The translations under genes were made by a program, and so were the position numbers. From NCBI GenBank assembly GCA_044892505.1, contig CM097882.1, positions 251,844,001-251,908,000 on the forward strand: DNA of 64,000 nucleotides, written 5' to 3'. The DNA comes from Schmidtea nova. Taxonomy: Eukaryota. Below, in pieces: positions 55,201 to 64,000 of the stretch (positions are counted from its first letter, which is position 1; each line of letters opens with the position of its first letter). The notes beneath the pieces were generated by a model. The model was not told the origin of the DNA. It was given only the letters and a program-made list of their open reading frames with translations, and searched no databases.

Positions 55201-58200
55201 CAGGAACGATTGAAACAAGTTCAAGTATGTCATCCACACCATTGTCTACTGGCACGTCAGAAAGAAGCTCGACTATCAAATCATCAAGTGTATCAGAAAT
55301 CAGTAGTACAGCTAGCACAGGAAAATCATCGGAAGTAACTTCGACCTTATCTCCATCAGGCACATCAATTTCACAAACATCTCCTACAATTGCCTCAGAA
55401 ACCAAATCCTCTACTGGTTCAGTACCGACTTCAAGTACTTCAGGAACGATTGAAACAAGTTCAAGTATGTCATCCACACCATTGTCTACTGGCACGTCAG
55501 AAAGAAGCTCGACTATCAAATCATCAAGTGTATCAGAAATCAGTAGTACAGCTAGCACAGGAAAATCATCGGAAGTAACTTCGACCTTATCTCCATCAGG
55601 CACATCAATTTCACAAACATCTCCTACAATTGCCTCAGAAACCAAATCCTCTACTGGTTCAGTACCGACTTCAAGTACTTCAGGAACGATTGAAACAAGT
55701 TCAAGTATGTCATCCACACCATTGTCTACTGGCACGTCAGAAAGAAGCTCGACTATCAAATCATCAAGTGTATCAGAAATCAGTAGTACAGCTAGCACAG
55801 GAAAATCATCGGAAGTAACTTCGACCTTATCTCCATCAGGCACATCAATTTCACAAACATCTCCTACAATTGCCTCAGAAACCAAATCCTCTACTGGTTC
55901 AGTACCGACTTCAAGTACTTCAGGAACGATTGAAACAAGTTCAAGTATGTCATCCACACCATTGTCTACTGGCACGTCAGAAAGAAGCTCGACTATCAAA
56001 TCATCAAGTGTATCAGAAATCAGTAGTACAGCTAGCACAGGAAAATCATCGGAAGTAACTTCGACCTTATCTCCATCAGGCACATCAATTTCACAAACAT
56101 CTCCTACAATTGCCTCAGAAACCAAATCCTCTACTGGTTCAGTACCGACTTCAAGTACTTCAGGAACGATTGAAACAAGTTCAAGTATGTCATCCACACC
56201 ATTGTCTACTGGCACGTCAGAAAGAAGCTCGACTATCAAATCATCAAGTGTATCAGAAATCAGTAGTACAGCTAGCACAGGAAAATCATCGGAAGTAACT
56301 TCGACCTTATCTCCATCAGGCACATCAATTTCACAAACATCTCCTACAATTGCCTCAGAAACCAAATCCTCTACTGGTTCAGTACCGACTTCAAGTACTT
56401 CAGGAACGATTGAAACAAGTTCAAGTATGTCATCCACACCATTGTCTACTGGCACGTCAGAAAGAAGCTCGACTATCAAATCATCAAGTGTATCAGAAAT
56501 CAGTAGTACAGCTAGCACAGGAAAATCATCGGAAGTAACTTCGACCTTATCTCCATCAGGCACATCAATTTCACAAACATCTCCTACAATTGCCTCAGAA
56601 ACCAAATCCTCTACTGGTTCAGTACCGACTTCAAGTACTTCAGGAACGATTGAAACAAGTTCAAGTATGTCATCCACACCATTGTCTACTGGCACGTCAG
56701 AAAGAAGCTCGACTATCAAATCATCAAGTGTATCAGAAATCAGTAGTACAGCTAGCACAGGAAAATCATCGGAAGTAACTTCGACCTTATCTCCATCAGG
56801 CACATCAATTTCACAAACATCTCCTACAATTGCCTCAGAAACCAAATCCTCTACTGGTTCAGTACCGACTTCAAGTACTTCAGGAACGATTGAAACAAGT
56901 TCAAGTATGTCATCCACACCATTGTCTACTGGCACGTCAGAAAGAAGCTCGACTATCAAATCATCAAGTGTATCAGAAATCAGTAGTACAGCTAGCACAG
57001 GAAAATCATCGGAAGTAACTTCGACCTTATCTCCATCAGGCACATCAATTTCACAAACATCTCCTACAATTGCCTCAGAAACCAAATCCTCTACTGGTTC
57101 AGTACCGACTTCAAGTACTTCAGGAACGATTGAAACAAGTTCAAGTATGTCATCCACACCATTGTCTACTGGCACGTCAGAAAGAAGCTCGACTATCAAA
57201 TCATCAAGTGTATCAGAAATCAGTAGTACAGCTAGCACAGGAAAATCATCGGAAGTAACTTCGACCTTATCTCCATCAGGCACATCAATTTCACAAACAT
57301 CTCCTACAATTGCCTCAGAAACCAAATCCTCTACTGGTTCAGTACCGACTTCAAGTACTTCAGGAACGATTGAAACAAGTTCAAGTATGTCATCCACACC
57401 ATTGTCTACTGGCACGTCAGAAAGAAGCTCGACTATCAAATCATCAAGTGTATCAGAAATCAGTAGTACAGCTAGCACAGGAAAATCATCGGAAGTAACT
57501 TCGACCTTATCTCCATCAGGCACATCAATTTCACAAACATCTCCTACAATTGCCTCAGAAACCAAATCCTCTACTGGTTCAGTACCGACTTCAAGTACTT
57601 CAGGAACGATTGAAACAAGTTCAAGTATGTCATCCACACCATTGTCTACTGGCACGTCAGAAAGAAGCTCGACTATCAAATCATCAAGTGTATCAGAAAT
57701 CAGTAGTACAGCTAGCACAGGAAAATCATCGGAAGTAACTTCGACCTTATCTCCATCAGGCACATCAATTTCACAAACATCTCCTACAATTGCCTCAGAA
57801 ACCAAATCCTCTACTGGTTCAGTACCGACTTCAAGTACTTCAGGAACGATTGAAACAAGTTCAAGTATGTCATCCACACCATTGTCTACTGGCACGTCAG
57901 AAAGAAGCTCGACTATCAAATCATCAAGTGTATCAGAAATCAGTAGTACAGCTAGCACAGGAAAATCATCGGAAGTAACTTCGACCTTATCTCCATCAGG
58001 CACATCAATTTCACAAACATCTCCTACAATTGCCTCAGAAACCAAATCCTCTACTGGTTCAGTACCGACTTCAAGTACTTCAGGAACGATTGAAACAAGT
58101 TCAAGTATGTCATCCACACCATTGTCTACTGGCACGTCAGAAAGAAGCTCGACTATCAAATCATCAAGTGTATCAGAAATCAGTAGTACAGCTAGCACAG

Positions 58201-61200
58201 GAAAATCATCGGAAGTAACTTCGACCTTATCTCCATCAGGCACATCAATTTCACAAACATCTCCTACAATTGCCTCAGAAACCAAATCCTCTACTGGTTC
58301 AGTACCGACTTCAAGTACTTCAGGAACGATTGAAACAAGTTCAAGTATGTCATCCACACCATTGTCTACTGGCACGTCAGAAAGAAGCTCGACTATCAAA
58401 TCATCAAGTGTATCAGAAATCAGTAGTACAGCTAGCACAGGAAAATCATCGGAAGTAACTTCGACCTTATCTCCATCAGGCACATCAATTTCACAAACAT
58501 CTCCTACAATTGCCTCAGAAACCAAATCCTCTACTGGTTCAGTACCGACTTCAAGTACTTCAGGAACGATTGAAACAAGTTCAAGTATGTCATCCACACC
58601 ATTGTCTACTGGCACGTCAGAAAGAAGCTCGACTATCAAATCATCAAGTGTATCAGAAATCAGTAGTACAGCTAGCACAGGAAAATCATCGGAAGTAACT
58701 TCGACCTTATCTCCATCAGGCACATCAATTTCACAAACATCTCCTACAATTGCCTCAGAAACCAAATCCTCTACTGGTTCAGTACCGACTTCAAGTACTT
58801 CAGGAACGATTGAAACAAGTTCAAGTATGTCATCCACACCATTGTCTACTGGCACGTCAGAAAGAAGCTCGACTATCAAATCATCAAGTGTATCAGAAAT
58901 CAGTAGTACAGCTAGCACAGGAAAATCATCGGAAGTAACTTCGACCTTATCTCCATCAGGCACATCAATTTCACAAACATCTCCTACAATTGCCTCAGAA
59001 ACCAAATCCTCTACTGGTTCAGTACCGACTTCAAGTACTTCAGGAACGATTGAAACAAGTTCAAGTATGTCATCCACACCATTGTCTACTGGCACGTCAG
59101 AAAGAAGCTCGACTATCAAATCATCAAGTGTATCAGAAATCAGTAGTACAGCTAGCACAGGAAAATCATCGGAAGTAACTTCGACCTTATCTCCATCAGG
59201 CACATCAATTTCACAAACATCTCCTACAATTGCCTCAGAAACCAAATCCTCTACTGGTTCAGTACCGACTTCAAGTACTTCAGGAACGATTGAAACAAGT
59301 TCAAGTATGTCATCCACACCATTGTCTACTGGCACGTCAGAAAGAAGCTCGACTATCAAATCATCAAGTGTATCAGAAATCAGTAGTACAGCTAGCACAG
59401 GAAAATCATCGGAAGTAACTTCGACCTTATCTCCATCAGGCACATCAATTTCACAAACATCTCCTACAATTGCCTCAGAAACCAAATCCTCTACTGGTTC
59501 AGTACCGACTTCAAGTACTTCAGGAACGATTGAAACAAGTTCAAGTATGTCATCCACACCATTGTCTACTGGCACGTCAGAAAGAAGCTCGACTATCAAA
59601 TCATCAAGTGTATCAGAAATCAGTAGTACAGCTAGCACAGGAAAATCATCGGAAGTAACTTCGACCTTATCTCCATCAGGCACATCAATTTCACAAACAT
59701 CTCCTACAATTGCCTCAGAAACCAAATCCTCTACTGGTTCAGTACCGACTTCAAGTACTTCAGGAACGATTGAAACAAGTTCAAGTATGTCATCCACACC
59801 ATTGTCTACTGGCACGTCAGAAAGAAGCTCGACTATCAAATCATCAAGTGTATCAGAAATCAGTAGTACAGCTAGCACAGGAAAATCATCGGAAGTAACT
59901 TCGACCTTATCTCCATCAGGCACATCAATTTCACAAACATCTCCTACAATTGCCTCAGAAACCAAATCCTCTACTGGTTCAGTACCGACTTCAAGTACTT
60001 CAGGAACGATTGAAACAAGTTCAAGTATGTCATCCACACCATTGTCTACTGGCACGTCAGAAAGAAGCTCGACTATCAAATCATCAAGTGTATCAGAAAT
60101 CAGTAGTACAGCTAGCACAGGAAAATCATCGGAAGTAACTTCGACCTTATCTCCATCAGGCACATCAATTTCACAAACATCTCCTACAATTGCCTCAGAA
60201 ACCGAATCCTCTTCTGGTTCAGTACCGACTTCAAGTACTTCAGGAACGATTGAAACAAGTTCAAGTATGTCATCCACACCATTGTCTACTGGCACGTCAG
60301 AAAGAAGCTCGACTATCAAATCATCAAGTGTATCAGAAATCAGTAGTACAGCTAGCACAGGAAAATCATCGGAAGTAACTTCGACCTTATCTCCATCAGG
60401 CACATCAATTTCACAAACATCTCCTACAATTGCCTCAGAAACCGAATCCTCTTCTGGTTCAGTACCGACTTCAAGTACTTCAGGAACGATTGAAACAAGT
60501 TCAAGTATGTCATCCACACCATTGTCTACTGGCACGTCAGAAAGAAGCTCGACTATCAAATCATCAAGTGTATCAGAAATCAGTAGTACAGCTAGCACAG
60601 GAAAATCATCGGAAGTAACTTCGACCTTATCTCCATCAGGCACATCAATTTCACAAACATCTCCTACAATTGCCTCAGAAACCAAATCCTCTACTGGTTC
60701 AGTACCGACTTCAAGTACTTCAGGAACGATTGAAACAAGTTCAAGTATGTCATCCACACCATTGTCTACTGGCACGTCAGAAAGAAGCTCGACTATCAAA
60801 TCATCAAGTGTATCAGAAATCAGTAGTACAGCTAGCACAGGAAAATCATCGGAAGTAACTTCGACCTTATCTCCATCAGGCACATCAATTTCACAAACAT
60901 CTCCTACAATTGCCTCAGAAACCAAATCCTCTACTGGTTCAGTACCGACTTCAAGTACTTCAGGAACGATTGAAACAAGTTCAAGTATGTCATCCACACC
61001 ATTGTCTACTGGCACGTCAGAAAGAAGCTCGACTATCAAATCATCAAGTGTATCAGAAATCAGTAGTACAGCTAGCACAGGAAAATCATCGGAAGTAACT
61101 TCGACCTTATCTCCATCAGGCACATCAATTTCACAAACATCTCCTACAATTGCCTCAGAAACCAAATCCTCTACTGGTTCAGTACCGACTTCAAGTACTT

Positions 61201-64000
61201 CAGGAACGATTGAAACAAGTTCAAGTATGTCATCCACACCATTGTCTACTGGCACGTCAGAAAGAAGCTCGACTATCAAATCATCAAGTGTATCAGAAAT
61301 CAGTAGTACAGCTAGCACAGGAAAATCATCGGAAGTAACTTCGACCTTATCTCCATCAGGCACATCAATTTCACAAACATCTCCTACAATTGCCTCAGAA
61401 ACCAAATCCTCTACTGGTTCAGTACCGACTTCAAGTACTTCAGGAACGATTGAAACAAGTTCAAGTATGTCATCCACACCATTGTCTACTGGCACGTCAG
61501 AAAGAAGCTCGACTATCAAATCATCAAGTGTATCAGAAATCAGTAGTACAGCTAGCACAGGAAAATCATCGGAAGTAACTTCGACCTTATCTCCATCAGG
61601 CACATCAATTTCACAAACATCTCCTACAATTGCCTCAGAAACCAAATCCTCTACTGGTTCAGTACCGACTTCAAGTACTTCAGGAACGATTGAAACAAGT
61701 TCAAGTATGTCATCCACACCATTGTCTACTGGCACGTCAGAAAGAAGCTCGACTATCAAATCATCAAGTGTATCAGAAATCAGTAGTACAGCTAGCACAG
61801 GAAAATCATCGGAAGTAACTTCGACCTTATCTCCATCAGGCACATCAATTTCACAAACATCTCCTACAATTGCCTCAGAAACCAAATCCTCTACTGGTTC
61901 AGTACCGACTTCAAGTACTTCAGGAACGATTGAAACAAGTTCAAGTATGTCATCCACACCATTGTCTACTGGCACGTCAGAAAGAAGCTCGACTATCAAA
62001 TCATCAAGTGTATCAGAAATCAGTAGTACAGCTAGCACAGGAAAATCATCGGAAGTAACTTCGACCTTATCTCCATCAGGCACATCAATTTCACAAACAT
62101 CTCCTACAATTGCCTCAGAAACCAAATCCTCTACTGGTTCAGTACCGACTTCAAGTACTTCAGGAACGATTGAAACAAGTTCAAGTATGTCATCCACACC
62201 ATTGTCTACTGGCACGTCAGAAAGAAGCTCGACTATCAAATCATCAAGTGTATCAGAAATCAGTAGTACAGCTAGCACAGGAAAATCATCGGAAGTAACT
62301 TCGACCTTATCTCCATCAGGCACATCAATTTCACAAACATCTCCTACAATTGCCTCAGAAACCAAATCCTCTACTGGTTCAGTACCGACTTCAAGTACTT
62401 CAGGAACGATTGAAACAAGTTCAAGTATGTCATCCACACCATTGTCTACTGGCACGTCAGAAAGAAGCTCGACTATCAAATCATCAAGTGTATCAGAAAT
62501 CAGTAGTACAGCTAGCACAGGAAAATCATCGGAAGTAACTTCGACCTTATCTCCATCAGGCACATCAATTTCACAAACATCTCCTACAATTGCCTCAGAA
62601 ACCAAATCCTCTACTGGTTCAGTACCGACTTCAAGTACTTCAGGAACGATTGAAACAAGTTCAAGTATGTCATCCACACCATTGTCTACTGGCACGTCAG
62701 AAAGAAGCTCGACTATCAAATCATCAAGTGTATCAGAAATCAGTAGTACAGCTAGCACAGGAAAATCATCGGAAGTAACTTCGACCTTATCTCCATCAGG
62801 CACATCAATTTCACAAACATCTCCTACAATTGCCTCAGAAACCAAATCCTCTACTGGTTCAGTACCGACTTCAAGTACTTCAGGAACGATTGAAACAAGT
62901 TCAAGTATGTCATCCACACCATTGTCTACTGGCACGTCAGAAAGAAGCTCGACTATCAAATCATCAAGTGTATCAGAAATCAGTAGTACAGCTAGCACAG
63001 GAAAATCATCGGAAGTAACTTCGACCTTATCTCCATCAGGCACATCAATTTCACAAACATCTCCTACAATTGCCTCAGAAACCAAATCCTCTACTGGTTC
63101 AGTACCGACTTCAAGTACTTCAGGAACGATTGAAACAAGTTCAAGTATGTCATCCACACCATTGTCTACTGGCACGTCAGAAAGAAGCTCGACTATCAAA
63201 TCATCAAGTGTATCAGAAATCAGTAGTACAGCTAGCACAGGAAAATCATCGGAAGTAACTTCGACCTTATCTCCATCAGGCACATCAATTTCACAAACAT
63301 CTCCTACAATTGCCTCAGAAACCAAATCCTCTACTGGTTCAGTACCGACTTCAAGTACTTCAGGAACGATTGAAACAAGTTCAAGTATGTCATCCACACC
63401 ATTGTCTACTGGCACGTCAGAAAGAAGCTCGACTATCAAATCATCAAGTGTATCAGAAATCAGTAGTACAGCTAGCACAGGAAAATCATCGGAAGTAACT
63501 TCGACCTTATCTCCATCAGGCACATCAATTTCACAAACATCTCCTACAATTGCCTCAGAAACCAAATCCTCTACTGGTTCAGTACCGACTTCAAGTACTT
63601 CAGGAACGATTGAAACAAGTTCAAGTATGTCATCCACACCATTGTCTACTGGCACGTCAGAAAGAAGCTCGACTATCAAATCATCAAGTGTATCAGAAAT
63701 CAGTAGTACAGCTAGCACAGGAAAATCATCGGAAGTAACTTCGACCTTATCTCCATCAGGCACATCAATTTCACAAACATCTCCTACAATTGCCTCAGAA
63801 ACCAAATCCTCTACTGGTTCAGTACCGACTTCAAGTACTTCAGGAACGATTGAAACAAGTTCAAGTATGTCATCCACACCATTGTCTACTGGCACGTCAG
63901 AAAGAAGCTCGACTATCAAATCATCAAGTGTATCAGAAATCAGTAGTACAGCTAGCACAGGAAAATCATCGGAAGTAACTTCGACCTTATCTCCATCAGG
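1162..64000 (+). CDS. Partial multi-exon gene for a giant SEA-domain mucin-like glycoprotein; model join(1162..1247,1296..35964,36593..>64000), about 20,720 codons, start and stop outside the window
   Basis: The frame stays continuous across GT-AG junctions. Two S/T-rich tandem arrays are separated by a SEA-like domain with GSVVA. There is no initiator or signal peptide and no terminal stop in the window. The 1248-1295 junction is the weakest part of the model. Confidence 0.85.
1248..1295 (+). other. Putative 48-nt phase-1 intron (GTAACT...ttttaatAAG)
   Basis: Removing it deletes three in-frame TAA codons (1262, 1289, 1292) and keeps the frame (DII-F-NITNKPNEGSTG). It has only 8 G/C in 48 nt. 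The acceptor is weak, and an alternative in-frame pair 1259..1312 exists. Confidence 0.5.
1296..35964 (+). CDS. Giant exon (about 34.7 kb): PTS array 1 plus the N-terminal half of SEA domain 2
   Basis: The frame is open from 1295 to the donor CG|GTAAGT at 35964/35965. The track ORF 1364..35968 is this frame, but its start is an internal TTG and its TAA lies inside the donor. Confidence 0.9.
1333..35770 (+). repeat. Coding tandem array 1: 315-bp unit x 109.3, peptide TSIKSSSQPELSSKSPEKTSEKSSSLSSVESSSTVSSTSSATSTTGTRSSESSTVKPIESSTSISSSEKTSVTSSEQPTTSSRQTSSSI(G/R)STSPSIETSSTPVTV
   Basis: cacatcaatcaag occurs at 1333, 1648 and on to 35668 (=1333+109x315), so there is no net indel. The unit has 44 Ser and 19 Thr in 105 aa. 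Confidence 0.99.
35965..36592 (+). other. 628-nt phase-2 intron
   Basis: Consensus donor GTAAGT and acceptor cttatttAG, AT-rich. Splicing gives CG+A=Arg and rebuilds the FRKGSVVA motif in frame with array 2. Confidence 0.92.
36256..36319. repeat. Intronic 11-bp minisatellite (aaaatatatct), about 6 copies, two of them variant (aaaatataggt, aaaataggt)
   Basis: Read directly from the sequence. Confidence 0.9.
36593..64000 (+). CDS. Giant exon (>27.4 kb, runs off the window): C-half of SEA domain 2, a 27-aa linker and PTS array 2
   Basis: The frame starting AAA(36594) GGA TCG GTC GTT GCA has no stop up to 64000. It is absent from the ORF track, probably because it has no stop in the window. Confidence 0.9.
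36813..64000 (+). repeat. Coding tandem array 2: 240-bp unit x >=113, peptide SEISSTASTGKSSEVTSTLSPSGTSISQTSPTIASETKSSTGSVPTSSTSGTIETSSSMSSTPLSTGTSERSSTIKSSSV
   Basis: tcagaaatcag occurs at 36813, 37053 and onward, and the register is exact to the window end. The unit has 31 Ser and 17 Thr in 80 aa. Confidence 0.99.

Noticed and set aside
36725-63958. 9,077-aa minus-strand ORF
   Set aside because: Same 3-1-2 shadow register. It ends just outside array 2, and its start is an arbitrary internal codon.
36910-63978. 113 copies of a 62-aa + strand ORF (MPQKPNPLL...)
   Set aside because: An off-frame by-product of the 240-bp unit with TTG starts and no room for promoters. It is not a peptide gene array.
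1333-64000. CRISPR array or non-coding satellite/centromeric DNA
   Set aside because: There are no unique spacers. Units are multiples of 3, stop-free, and in frame with SEA-coding flanks and canonical splice sites.

Overview
Eukaryotic (probably invertebrate animal) genomic DNA holding the interior of one enormous + strand mucin-like gene, open at both window ends. Two giant coding tandem arrays make up about 96% of the window. Array 1 (1333-35770) has 109.3 units of 315 bp/105 aa. Array 2 (36813 to past the window end) has at least 113 units of 240 bp/80 aa. Both units are 60% Ser+Thr, with no indels or in-frame stops. A SEA domain sits between the arrays, split by a phase-2 GT-AG intron (35965-36592) at ...FILSF-R|KGSVVAE... 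The C-terminal half of a second SEA domain (KGSVVAD, same phase and near-identical acceptor) starts at 1162. It joins array 1 only if a 48-nt stop-containing segment (1248-1295) is spliced out. The in-window model encodes about 20,700 aa arranged SEA-PTS-SEA-PTS. The long antisense ORFs and the 62-aa ORFs in the track are shadows of the repeats, and the true + frame of array 2 is missing from the track. I found no RNA genes, CRISPR arrays or recognisable mobile elements. The organism cannot be assigned, and array lengths depend on assembly quality.
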